A stretch of DNA of 64,000 nt from Takakia lepidozioides (taxonomy: Eukaryota > Plantae > Bryophyta): the NCBI GenBank assembly GCA_030704615.1, contig CM060733.1:60574001-60638000 (forward strand), in the 5' to 3' direction. The notes under the pieces were generated by a model, which did not search any database, had not been told where the DNA came from, and saw only the letters and a list, made by a program, of their open reading frames with translations. The position numbers and the translations under genes are program-made. This document shows, piece after piece, positions 22,240-35,600 of this stretch (the first letter of the stretch is position 1; every line of letters starts with the position of its first letter).

Positions 22240-25092
22240 AATGATTATGATTATGATTATTATTATTATTATTATTTTGTTTGGATAAACAGGGGTTTGG
22301 CCCTGGAAGCTTTATTTGGAATTATTGAAGGGAAAAAAATTAAAACCCTTAGAGTGCCACAAGGCTGCCATGAGGCTGATCGCACGGAGACTGTGCCGGA
22401 TGACTAAGAGCAGTAACTGAGAGCCATTTACCTGGGCCTATCTACGACCACAAAATTTCAGAGGTGTTTAGCCTAAAATATAGAGTTATCACCTCTTACA
22501 TGTGAAGATGAGTTACAACAGTTTGAGGGAGAGACAAATGAAAATAAGCCAACTCGAGTCGAGCGTAGACTATACTGAGCCTTGGAGGGGAGTAGGGTTA
22601 ACGTTGGAGCCCTAAGGAGATGAGGGAGAACGGAACGGCATGCCAAGAGACCGGGGCAGAGCTGGGGTTTGAGAGGGCGAGAAGGGGCAGTCAGGAGGTA
22701 GAATAGCATGTAGAAAAGAGAATTTAGCGATGGAAGTGGAGCCTGACAACTGAAGACGATCGCACATGCTTCCAGTTAATCTCGGATCTGTCGAATTCAA
22801 GGGAGGCTGAAGAGGGAATTCCTGTATCCCTCCCATGAAGGTGGAATTTTGTCCGCCCAAAGACAGGTGAGGTCACTGAAGCATATGCAAATAAGCCCAT
22901 TGTTGCCCCAAGTAGCCCTGAATGTAGCGATGAGTGCTGGCAGACGCTCTGGTTTCCTGGTCGCCACTGCACACAGGGAGGCCCAAGCTTTTTTAGCTGC
23001 AATTGTCAAGTCAAAGAAAACTAGAGACAAAATATTTGTTGCAGAGGTGTTTTCTTTGTTGAGGCCCCAGGCACAGCGGCTCTTCCATATGTTCCAGAGG
23101 ATAGACCATCTGAGGGCTTCAAAAACAGGACAGTCGGAGGCCTTAGTCTTCTGCCTCTGGTTGTAGTTGAGAAGGATTTCCAGGGATCCAAAGCTCATGG
23201 TGACCCAAGACCTGTAGAAGCCTTGAGCCAGAGGCCAGACTATTGAGGGTGCCAGACAATGGAGAAGACAATGCTGTAGAGTTTCAATGGTTTGAATGGC
23301 ACAACACTGGCAGAGGAGTGCCTCATTGAAATTGAGAAATTGGCCCACCTTGAGCACTCTATTGGCCACTTGCCATAAAAAAGCATTGATCTTAGCCGGC
23401 TTTGTTTTCTCCCAGACAAGGGACCATATACCTTTCCAGTCTTCCTGGTTGAAGTTCTCGTGACTTCATCTATCTTCCCATTTAGAGATGACAGGTATGG
23501 CTCCAAGCATAGCTCTATAGCCCTTTTTGGCCGAGTAGGAAAATAGTGGGAGCAGTTCATCCTGAAAAGCCCATTTCCATTCAGATGGGTCCAACTGTAG
23601 TGAAGTAATGCTGGAGTTCCCGAAGAGGATAAAGTTCTCCTTACTTAGCCAGGTGAGTGCGTCCGTCCCAATAGGCACAGAAGGGTTGAATGGCTTTACA
23701 GGGGATGACCACTGGCAAATTCTCAATGGGCTAGTATTGGAAGCTTGGAGTGATATAGGTTCATGGCTGGTGAGAGAGAGAGATGTCCCGAAAGCTCATC
23801 TGCTTTGGAAGGAAACCCCTTGAGAGAGACCTGGCCAACTTCAGAGATGTATAGAATTTGTAGTGCCTGCGAATTATTAATAACCCACTGATTGGCATGA
23901 ACAAGTCCTGGGCCAGCTTTTAGAATGAGTTTCCAAGGATCTGGGATCGATTGAATGATTAGGGAAATTCCAGATCGAAGACGGGTGGCCCCCAAAGCCA
24001 GGTGAAGAGATTGAGGTGTGCTTTCCCATAAATCGTTGATCGTGGAGATTCCCTTGGTCTCCCAGGCTGCCCATCTTTTGGCTGAAGCTCGGTCTTCCGC
24101 AGAGGGGTCTGGATTATTGAGGAACAGGTGCTGCCGAAGGGTTTCATGGAAGGTGTTAGGCACAAGTTTCCTCAAGAATGGCCTGAGGTTGTTCCAAGAT
24201 TTCCAGATTGATGACCATAGAGGGGAGTCTGGTGATTTATGTTTAAAGCCCTAAAGAAGCCAGCGGTTTGAGGCCGGCCACTGTAACGTACAGAGGAGTG
24301 GAGGAGGATATTGTGGTAGAGACCACTAGCTTCCACCAGCCTCCGTCCGGCCCAGTGAATCTAGGAATCCATTTCCCTAGGAGAGCCTTGATCTGCGTAG
24401 CTGGGTCAAGTACACCCAAGCCCCCCATTTTTTTTGGCAGGCAGATTTGGGCCCAGGACACCTGAGGTCTTTTGTTTTGGGAGGAGGGAGCAGCTCCCCA
24501 GATAAAGTTCCTAATCAGCTTTTTGATTTCTTCGAGGAATTTTGATTGAGGGCCCCAGGTTGAAGCAAAGTACCATATACTTGCCAGAATAATCTGGTTG
24601 GCAACCAGTGCTCTACCTGTGATAGATAGGTGACACTACCCCTAGTAGGCCAGGTGGCACTTCATCTTTTGAATTGTGGGCTCCATCCTTTGTTCCTCAG
24701 TGAGATTGATGCCGAATGTGTGCCCTAATAGTGTGGTAGGCTCCCTTCTTTAAGCCATTGCACGCCCAAATGTTGTCCCCAGGTGGGAGCTGTCCCAATG
24801 GCAGATTTTGAGCGGTCCCCTAGTAACAAGGTTTTGGTTTTGGACCAGTTGATTCTGAACCCAGAGACACTGCAGAAGTGGTTGAGCGTGGCTTGTGCGG
24901 CTTCTAGCGAGGGGTTGTTGGCCTGGAGAGGTAAGAAGGTGTCATCAACGAACATTGAATCCTTGACTTCCTTCCAGGTGTTGGTTCTTGGGCTCTGAAG
25001 GTTTAGGCCTTTCACTTGAGGGTTGCTGTCTAACATGTGCCAGAGAGCATCTGCCACAAACAAGAAAAGAAAGGGTGCGAGAGGGCAGCCCT
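22240..25092 (-). mobile_element. L1/Tx1-type LINE, 3' portion (RT C-half, zf-RVT, 3' UTR and (AAT)n tail)
   Basis: GCPLAPFLF, FVDD, SGFRINWSKT, SWAQICLPKKMGGLG, CQCC..ETLQHCLLHC, WNIWKSR; several stops and frameshifts; AATAAA and AAT microsatellite at the minus-strand end. Confidence 0.9.
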
Positions 25093-27279
25093 CACTAGAA
25101 GCATTCGTGTCATTTACCACTGGGGTAACGACTCATTTTGAGTCGTAAAAGTAAAAAAACTCGGATCGACTGGAAGTTACAACAGACTAGTTACAACATA
25201 CGTGGTAGTTGGGTTGGACATCCAATGATTGGAGTGGTAAAGGACGCAGACGCGCGAACAACTGCTCAACGATTAATGCGATTAATGCTGAAGAACCACG
25301 TGGCGTAACCAAGCGGGCCGCCCGTGTGTTTGATCTTTTGGGCTGACTTTGACTTTTCCCTCCGGATGAGTGGACTGACTCACCCGGGGCGCGGTGACAC
25401 ATGGACGCGGACGTGGATGCGGACGTGGATGCCGATGTGGCGGCGCCGCGACGAGCGGCAATGCTGCCGCGTGGCCACGGGCCCAAGACGCGACATCGCA
25501 GTCGGCCACATCACTTGGAGTGCTGCATGTGACGTCACAACAGCCACTAGCAAAGTCGACTGCACAACTTCCGGCAGACGAATCCACGGGGACCACGTGG
25601 AGAGTGTGTGGGTCGACGCGTGGCGTCGTCCCCACGCAATGGCAGTGACGGGTATGACTGCTAGTGGAAAGACGCAGAGTGCTTGTGCCATCTCGGGACT
25701 GCTTTGGCCAACTCCACTGCCACTGTGCTAGTTGGTTGCACTACAGTAGGAAAGCACGAAAAATGAGCACTTGTAGTGGTTTGTGTGAGTTTCCAACTGA
25801 CCTGCATTCTAAGCTGAAAATATGGTTCTGATGCATTCTACTGGTTTTAGTGGTTCACCCATATGCAGGGGGAATTGAGAAGCAATGATACTGGGCGAGA
25901 CTCAGAACACAGACCACGATGCATGCACAACATCACGCTAATGAACCAAATAGACGAGGCAACAGGGAGACCAAAGACCATCACACATACACATAGAAGG
26001 TGGACGGACACGACGACAAGTCAGGAAATGTGATATTACATTCAAATTAGAGACCGTCACGGCACACCTGCATATGAGCAAGACTAAATGCCAACATACA
26101 TGGTTGCCGGACATCACTTAAACTGTCATGGCCCAAATGTTCAAAACTGGTAACGTGAGTATCATACACACTTCTATGAGTATCATTACACACCCAACAG
26201 GGACTACAAACATGAAATGTCACTTGATACTTTCACCTTTCCTCATACTCTTCTTTGGCCACAGAGTCACCGTGCCTTTCACGTGCGCTAGTGTGGTCAG
26301 GGGGGGGGCATCGTCCACATTTGGGCAAGGCAATGTAACACTTGGAAGCATGATCTCGTGGACTTACACCTTGTACCACCCGGATCGAATGTCCTTGCAG
26401 TGGAACTTGTCAACCCCGGCTATTCCCACCACTTCCGCCTTGGCGGCGGCTGTCTTTGACCGCTTGTCATGGGGGTTCAGGAGAAACACAGGATCTGATA
26501 TCTGCAGACACCAACATCAGGGTCCACTCAGCAACAAACATAGCAATGACAGGGTAAAAGTCAAGCGCAGCTGGGCATGGAAACGATCTTGGTTGCCACA
26601 ATACTGAATTAGCAGCAAATTCACGGTGTACCAACGTACCTTGAAGCGAAGCTCGTCGCTGAGGGTGGCAACTGAGGAAAGCTGCCCACGTGTCCTCAAC
26701 TGCAGCAGCAAAAAGAGGTTTAGTCAGACGGATAAGAATAACATGAACTCTGGTGGTTGCAATGGTATAAACACACCTCCACGGAGCAAGCTAACAAACA
26801 CCCTGCTCAGACCCTGCACACTACAACTTCCTGGCAAAAATAACCCTACTAAAAACCAGCCAGGCAAAGCAAGGAGCCATGAATGCATGCCTGGGGAACC
26901 ACGTCCTGCTGCGATGATGGTGCCGGGGACAGCCCACTCCTCTTGCTCACCTGCAATGAATACACATTGCAACGCTTCAGGAAGTGTATCCATAAAGGAA
27001 ACCAACCAAGTAAGTTTGCGGAGAGGGGCTGGGAACAACCATACCTTGGGCGCTGCCTCCTCATGCCGGGGGGGGGGGAATCCGGAATGCTGCCGCCGTA
27101 GCACTATGGTCCTAGGCGCAGGACCCACCTTCTTCACATTCGACCCCACTGCCACTCCCTGTACATGTGGTCCCTGCAAAACATATAGTGCCAGCCTTGC
27201 GTGAGAGGGCATCCGGGGGGAACAAAACAAACATGGACTTTGGCTTCGATGTCATGTTGCAAACAGTAAGGTTAGTTTC

Positions 27280-27920
27280 ACCTGCATGGGCGCAGAAGTA
27301 CTTCCCCAACGACCCCATCCTCTCCCACATTCAAGCTGCCAGTCGGGGTCAGCTTCCGCGTGCTTGTGAAGACACGCACATCCTTGGAGCAAAACAAATC
27401 TTGGCAGTAGGGCCAGACTGTTTCTAAAAGGTAGTTTGAATCGGGCCCCTCACTGACATTGCCAGTGACATCAAACGACAATGGATGGACCATGTTCAAA
27501 GGGGAGTTCCCCCTCCCCTTGTGTGGTGAATCATCCACTAGGAGGGTGTTGGATTCGTTAATCCAGAAAATTCCGACCACACCCTCGACAGTCTCTTCTG
27601 TAAGTTCTGTATGGCAGGCCCTTTTGTGGGGTGTGGCTCTATCAAGGGGTCACACTCCTCTTGTGACCACACAAAGAGGGGAGAACCCTTGACCCCTGCA
27701 TCACCACTTTGAAGATGTCTGCAACATTCCCCTTGGAAGCACAGGACCATATCCCAACGTAGAAATACCGGAAGAGAAGGTTTAAAAACTCGCAGACCTG
27801 GGGCCTTGGGAAAACATACTTGTTGGTGGTCAACACCCATGGCCAATGACGCCTCGGGTTGGGCTGAAAGTTAGGAATAGAGTGGCACAGGATCCCGTTC
27901 AGGTCTAGAATAGTTTCGAC
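27280..27920 (-). pseudogene. FCP1-homology/NIF (HAD-fold CTD-phosphatase-like) domain within the tnpA locus
   Basis: ILDLNGILC...FPRPQVCEFLNLLFRYFYVGIWSCA..N / LFVWSQEEC..KRLSRVW / NTLLVDDSPHK..N..N..P..F, across two frameshifts. Confidence 0.8.
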
Positions 27921-29408
27921 TTTTCTATGAAAGAAGCTTTTGAAGGGGTGTCACGGGGTCTCACCTCAGTGGGTTGGGAGACAACAGTCACCCCGGAGGG
28001 CAAAGTTTCGGTCCCCATGCAGCCTGGACCAGGCAAACTACCACCCTCTCCCCCTACAACTTCCCCTTTTCCCCCATCATGAGCAATGACCCCCCATCGT
28101 CCATGTCATCCCCACCAACTTGCTGGACCTCTCCCTCTTCAACGAGTGGACCCTGCCCCCCACTGTGAATATCATCAACAACAGCCCGGACCTCTGTCAC
28201 ATCCCTACCCACTACAATTACTTCATCCTTGTCAGGTACAATGGTCGCAGCAGGGGGGTCTTCCATAATGCCACCCGTCACACCCCATTTTTGCCCCATC
28301 ATGAGTTCCACTATCTTCTTCAGTTGTGCTTCCATTCCCCTCTCCCGCTCCGCAGAGAGAGCCGCAAGCCTCTCCAGGGCCCCGATGCGGGCTGCCATTG
28401 AGTTCCTCGCTCCCTACGCATACAAACACCCACCCGTACTGTTAAAAACCAGAAGAAGAGGCCGAATGTGCAGGATTTCAGGCATTCGGAGATGGCTGGG
28501 TTTGGCATAACACCCCTCCTGTACCATGCGTGGGGGCCCCACATACCCACCAAATCTTAGTACAACAACAAATTCATGAATGGAAACCGGACTTCAAAAC
28601 ATACCTGACTCAAAACAGACTCTGATGGGGTGCCAGTCGCAGCGTTCTTGCACTCCGCCCCGAGCTCGGACAGTGACGGGCTCCGCGCTTTGCGTCATTT
28701 CTGTATTTGCCCATCCACACACTGTCAGTACAAAATGCCAGGAGCATATGGACAAAGCACTGCCTTGCATATCACATAACAACTAATTTTGCACAAGCAA
28801 TAAAACCCACTCGTGGGTGTCTCTTCCATCAGAACATGCCACAACATAAGAGCAATGAGAAGGGGGTGAGGGAGATTACCAAACGGGCTGCTTGGCCTGC
28901 AACTCCTGCCCGACCCCAACGCGAGGGGTTCGTGACACAAGCACGCGCTTGCTTCATCCCTTCAGCCTTTGCAAGTCCACGAGGGGACTCCCAGTAGGCA
29001 ACAAGCTTATCCCAATAGGCGGGTTCAGTGTTCATTGGCCTCACACCAGTCTTCGCCCATTTATCTTTCAGTTTTGCTCTTTCTCCTTTCATTATCTTCC
29101 CACATTGCTTCACTATAAAATCACGATTGGCAGGGATAGGTGTGTACTCGTACATTCCATTTATGCCCTCTATTACTGTTGACATGGCACTCTGGGACTG
29201 CTGGTCAATGTCTTGTACGCTTGAGTCAAGGTAACGCAATGCTAGGCCACGCAAATCACGCTGCCAGTGTTCCTTACCTTTGCAGCCAGCATTGATGACT
29301 CCATTTCCATGCACCTCCACCTTGTGGCGCTTTAGCCCTGCAGCCACCCTTCCCTCTCCATCTCCTTCCCATTGTTTCATGGCATGGCGTCGTTCCTTCC
29401 TCAGCTCA

Positions 29409-30649
29409 CGATGTCCTCCCCCATGTCACAAATTGAAAACATGTTCAGGGATGTTTTCTGCCTAACTTCATTTTCTGCCCAATCAGATCTCCTCTACGCT
29501 GACGATGTTGCTCTTTTGGCACAATCCCCGGTCTTTCTGCAACGCCATCTCAAAATTTTGGAACAGTTCTGCAAAGACTATGGGATGCAAGTCAATCTTA
29601 GCAAGACCAAGATCATGGTCTTCAATGGCCAGGCTGATCGTAGATTCATCTTCAACCAGCAGGAAATTGAGATTGTCAAATCATACCGGTACCTAGGTCT
29701 GGTTATCCACTCCCCCAAGTTTCACTTTGCAGCCACTGCCTTGGACAGATTAACTAAAGGTAAGGCGGCCTCCGTCCGCCTTCACGCCAAATGCAAGCAA
29801 ATACATCTGCGGCATCCCCCGACCAAAAAGTGGCTGTTTGACACCGTCGTCAGCCCTGCTACCATCAATGGTTGTGAGTTCTGGGCACCTGGTGTCCCTG
29901 TCTCCTGGTGGGAAAAGAATTTGGAACCATTACAGTCATCTTTTCTCCAAGCAATGCTTGGCGCCAGGAGCACAACTCCATCTCAGATCCTAGGTGCAGA
30001 GTTCGCATGTGTACCATTGCAATCCGAGGCACAGTTCAGGCTTACAATCTTTCTCCATAGATTGCAGGCCCTTCCACCCAAAGGGCTAGTGGCAAGGGCC
30101 CTCACAACATCTATGAGGCTCAAAGCTGCAGGTTTCGGGAACTCCTGGTATGCTCGAGTGGACAGTTTATTGAAACGTAACGGACTTTCTATTGCTTTCC
30201 TATTACCAATGAACCCAGATGAGGTGGACATCACATCCAGACATGACCGCAACAGACTCATTCGGAGAGAGCTTATGGAATTACATGTCAAGAGAACTTG
30301 GATGCTACCCAATCTCACAACAAAGCTCCACTTCTATCGAGAGACATTCTTGGTGCTCCACGATGATAGAATCTTCAGACCAAATTACCTTTCAGCACCC
30401 TTACCTCCTTCCCTCTTGAGGGCATTGGGGCGGTTCAGGGTGGGTTCCCACAACCTACGGATAGAGACTGGCAGATGGGAACACCTGCAACGGGAGGACC
30501 GCCTATGTCCAGCTTGCATAGGGCGCAGCAAGGAAATTGAAATTGAAGAACACTTCTTCTTCTACTGCCCTGTATACTACGAGATCCGTTTGAACAACTT
30601 TGTGGATATGTGCATCCCACTTTCAGTTTCAGGAGAACTCAACGCCCAG
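29409..30649. mobile_element. Composite LINE insertion: LINE-A stubs (minus; ~29409-29478 and ~30589-30649) flanking a plus-strand RT fragment of a different RTEX-like LINE (~29480-30588)
   Basis: Middle part: LLYADD, VNLSKTKIMVF, YRYLG, RFRVGSHNLRIETGRW, CPAC..EEHFFFYC. Stubs match 49591-49652 and ~50125-50191 in reverse complement. Confidence 0.85.
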
Positions 30650-32691
30650 AAAACATGAACACAAGTAGGGGTAGAACTCACCTCATGCGCAGCGGTTTTG
30701 TGCCGTTTGCGCACCTTTTGGAGAGACTCTGCAGATGGAGGTGCAATTTCCGCCGAACTGTCCTCCACCTCATCGTCGTCGCCCATGCTATACTCGCTTG
30801 TGTCAAAATCCGAACTCGAAGACTGCCCACCGCTCTGCCTTCCCTCTCGCACCGACGCCATCTGTACCGGATTCAGTCGAGCCAGGCGGGGGCTCCTTCG
30901 TACCGCGGGGCTGGAATGTGCAAAAGTGGGAGGAGGTGATGCTGCCTCGGCGGTCGAGCGCTTCTTACTAGGCGTGGACATAGACTATGACAAAGATGAA
31001 GACTAGCGAGGACATAGACCATGACCAAGACAAAGACGAGCGAGGAAGACCAAGACATGCAAAGGAGGAAAGAAGGACAAGGAGGGGAGTGTGATCACAC
31101 ACCCCCCCGATCTGTAGTGAAGATCCGGCCGTTGTTGATTTCAAATATGAACACGTGTCGTGCATCCAACACTATGGCCTTTTCGACTTTGAGACGTTAA
31201 ACCCTAAACCACTTACAATCCTCCAGACAACTAGATGTAGTGATTCACACAACTGACATGGATCCGTTAACTTTTTTTCGTTCAAAATTAGGCGAAGGAA
31301 ACACACTGCAATGATGCCGTGTATGGCTCCGCTTTACATGAATTCTTGGAGAAAATGCGCATGATGTGTAAGAAGTGAACACAGTGCTCTGCCAAATGAT
31401 TCAGCAGAAACAAACTCAACTGTAGTGGTTCTCCCATCGCAGAGAAGGGTCCATTCGACACCCATCGCACCATGCCAGGTTGAGGTCCTCACACACACAC
31501 CTACACACCGAGAATTTGCAAACCCACATCAGCTGGGAGAACATGGAAATTACCCCGTGGATCACATGCAAGCATGAATGAGAAATGGGTTTATGTTACA
31601 TGGGAGATTTTGGTGTACCTGTGCGACATGCAACTCTGTCTACATACTCCATAAGACGTTGTCCCAAGACCCAAGTGGACAGGGGAGGCCGGTGAGTCTG
31701 TACCACAAATGGTAATCATACAGCAGAGGGTACTGCTGCCCAACGTTCAAAAGCCGCCGGCTGCAGGATGCTAGGCATGCGACTCGGGCACAACACGCCT
31801 CCTCTGCACCCCACTCCGTCCCAACCAGTGCAAAACAACCGTGCATGCATTGACTGCCGTCTGGCTTTCTCTCCAGGCATTTGGGGGTCTGCGATCTGCT
31901 ACACGTAAGTGTCTTTGAATGCGATGATCAAAGGATCCGGTCACTTGCAGTTGCCGTCTCAAGGGCAGCATTGCAAGAATCAAAATTAAGTAAGAAAGAT
32001 GGTGGAAGAAGCTGCAAATAGCAAATGAGTGAAGTGGCAGGGCGATGCTCCATTTTTAACATGCTCCCCTTCCCACGATGGTGATAGAGCCACACAAATG
32101 GACTCCCTTCCGCCACGGTGCAATTTCACGGCAACGGAACGGGATTGTTCGCCGAAATGTGATTTGGAGATGGCCTAAGACAAGTGGCGCAGGTTCTGGC
32201 CTTGTAGTCAGGTGGTTCACACTTCAATGCACACATTTCATACACATTCAACCATATGCCCAAGATCACAACGTCCTCAATCGTGAAAATTGAAATTCCA
32301 CGTACGTCCTCCGATTCCTCACACACATGCGAACTGTAGAGACAGGTGGTTTTCCAGGATGTCATTGTTTGAGTCGATTTTGGTCATTTCTCTCAGTGTC
32401 TTGTTGAAAAGATTCTAGTTATGATGGGAAGCATCGTGATGGCTTTTAAATGGTTTGCTGTTGAGTGTAACTTTTCATCATGTTGTGGAATCTACCGGTT
32501 GGTATAAAATGTCAACTGTCTTCTCTGCCAAAGGATGTGCGGCTGAACCTTTCAAATTGAGATTGCAGGAGGAGGGAATTGATGGTAGTGAAATGGGAGT
32601 GGCAGAGCCAAATTGAGGAATCTCTGCAAAGGAGAATCCGGCCCCCTGCAACGGCGTGCACAAACAGCATTGAAGAGGCTCCCCAACAAAA

Positions 32692-35600
32692 ATGAGTTCC
32701 CCTTGCCCATGCGGAAGTCTTCCAATTAATCACCCCTGTAGACAGAACACCCGAGATGACAGGTTGTGGGAAAGAGAAGTGGCACGTGCTCGAGCCCTTG
32801 GGCTTTCAAGGATGCCATGCCCATGTGAACGTTGTTTGGGCACCACAAGTAGATCTGAGGACGGTGTGCGCACACATCTCCTTCACCACAAAAGACATGA
32901 AGCATTTCGGGTGTGGATTGGAGATGGACCTGCAGATGAAGACGATGAGGAGTGGGCACAATTGGACAATGCACACCCCCGAGGGAGCCATACAGACAGG
33001 CCAGACGAGGACTATGTCATGGGCGCATGACATGAACCAGGCATGGACGGAGGGGTGGAGATTACTCGAATGTTGCAGGAAGCATTCCACATCATGGACG
33101 ATGCTGAAGAGGGGGACGGCGCTGCGACAACTGGGGATGGTGATGACGCAAGAAATGAAGGCATTCACGCGGGGGAAGGCGTGGAAGGAGGTGGAGATGG
33201 AGAATTGAATTATGCACACATGACACTAGAAGAAGCATGTGTGCCACTGTACGAGGGATGCAAATCCACAAAGCTTGCTGCCACCATGCTGTTGATGAAC
33301 CTCTGCACAACCCACGGTGTCTCAGACCATTTTGTGGACGAGTTGTTCTCTTTGCTTCGGCTGAACTTGCTTCCACAACCAAATGAAATGCCAAAAAGCT
33401 GTCACATGGCCAACCAAATGATTGGGAAGCTCGGCCTCAACTACGTGAAAATACATGCATGTCCAAAAGGACATGTACTTTTCTGAAGAGAGTACAAGGA
33501 TGCTATGGAGTGCCCCAAATGCGGTGCAGCCCGATACCATGATGTGGGCAGGTTACAACAGCCAGCCAAGGTGTTGAGGCACTTTCCCCTTATCCCCCGT
33601 CTATTACGAATGTACAAATGCAAGACCATTAGTGAGCTCATGACTTGGCATTCCAGGAATGCCTCAAACGATGGTTTGGTAAGGCATATCCCAGATTCCC
33701 TTGCATGGAAGCATATAGATGCAACTTGGCCCGATTTCGCCGAGGACCCACGTAATGTGCGATTGGCTATATCTACGGATGAAGTAAACCCATACAGATC
33801 AAAGAGTTGCACATGGTCCACATGGCCCGTGCAGTTGGTGGCATACAACCTGCCACCATGGTTGACAACAAAGAAATTCTTTGTCATGTTGTCTCTCTTG
33901 ATTCCAAGCAAGGAGTCCGTGACAAATGCAAACATAGATGTGTATTTGCAACCATTGATTGAAGAGCTACATGAACTATGGATTGGAGTTGAAGCTTACG
34001 ACATTTTGAAACAAGTAGGGCAACGGAGTTTCACCCTCCGTGCCATACTCATGTGGTCAATCCACGATTTCCCCGCATATGGCCTTGTTGCGGGTTGCAA
34101 GACGAAGGGCTACAAAGGGTGCCCCATTTGTGGGCCCTATGTGGATTCACGGCACTCAAAGCCACTAGGGAAGACAATATACATGGGGCATCGACGTTAC
34201 CTTGCAAGAAACCACCCCTATCGACGAGCAGGAAGACACTTCAATGGATGTGTTGAAAAGAGAATGACACCAAATGCTGTGACACCGGAGGAGACATTGC
34301 AATTTGCAAAGGAGAAAGAGGCGTTCATGGAGATTGGAGGGAGAGACGGAAGTAGTGCAGATCCAGCCATGGAGCACGGGGTGAAGCGCCGGACAATCCT
34401 TTGGGATTTGCCATACTGGAAGGTGCATGAATCCCCCCCCCCCCATTCACTCACTTTCTTTCACATTGTGCTTCCTGGAATTACCTTTATTGTCAGGAGT
34501 CCTTCCACCAACTCCTAAGTTAGTGTAACTACTATGCAGTAGATGTTGAAGTCGTACACCTCACTGTGGAGAGGATCGTGGAGTTGTTGAAAGCAGAATG
34601 TAGTAACATGGACAACTTCTGCCACATATTCTACTTTTTTTGCCCATAGAACTTGGTGTCATGGGAGGACATTTGGCATTTCAGAACCTCTTGCAGCGGT
34701 ACCTCCTGGACCCCATGCATTGTGATAAGAACTTTTGCGAGAACATTCTGAAGACTATCTTTGGGGAGAAGGATACGATAAACGTACGAAAGGACATGGA
34801 GATTGAATGGATACGGTCACATCTGTGGCTAAGGCCTGATCCAAATAGACTAGGCAAAGTGCTCATGCCAGCAGCATCATACGTCCTGACCAAATCAGAG
34901 CAAGAGGATTTTTTGAAGACATTGGGAGCCATGAAAGTGCCAACCGGATTCTCGGGTGCTTTCCAAAAGCATGCCATAAACAAGAAATGGTCGGGGATGA
35001 AGTCACATGATCTACACGTGATGATGCAACAGATTTTGCCAGTGTGCATTCGGGGTACGATGGCGCCAGGTCCTCGAACAGCCATAATGCGTGTAAGTCG
35101 AGTGTTTAGGAAGATTTGTGCGAAGGTGTGGGATCCGAGGGACATTACATCGTTGCATGAGGATGTGGCTATGACCCTATGTTTGCTGGAGAAAGAATTC
35201 CCTCCATCATTCTTTGACGTCATGACGCACTTGCTAGTGCATCTTGTAGAGGAGTTGCATGTGTGTGGACCCGTAGCTAGCCGGTGGATGTACCCCATGG
35301 AGAGGTACATGAAGGATCTGAAGGGGTATGTACGCAACATGGCACGACCAGAGGGGAGTATGGCGGAGGGCTACATCCGCGATGAAGCCTTGGGCTTCAT
35401 GACAGAGTATATGTCTTCATTTGATGCAATACAACGACGGGTGTGGGATGAGAACGAGGAAGAAGGAGTTGTAGGCGAGGTCCTAGAAGGTGGTGGAACA
35501 AAACGTGCCATGAGCCCGCGCCTTCGGGATGTGGCACATGATTATGTGCTGAACAACACAACAACCATGACACCATGGAGACAGTGGGTGCCAACTTACA

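Larger units (their letters stand above)
26220..30981 (-). pseudogene. CACTA TnpA-like gene (multi-exon, degenerate), divergent from tnpD
   Basis: Exon 1 MSTPSKKR...HE|GTGAGT; Ptta/En-Spm-like YWDKLVAYWESP..KQARA..SRWGRAG at 28880-29380; last exon 26501-26220 with FHCKDIRSGWYKV*V..LPCPNVDDAPP..GTVTLWP. Confidence 0.75.

Noticed and set aside
29372-30658. 428-aa ORF as a complete gene
   Set aside because: It is a chimera: both ends read antisense tnpA or LINE-A sequence, and only the middle is a truncated RT.
34681-35340. 219-aa antisense ORF
   Set aside because: It is a shadow of the tnpD exon on the opposite strand.
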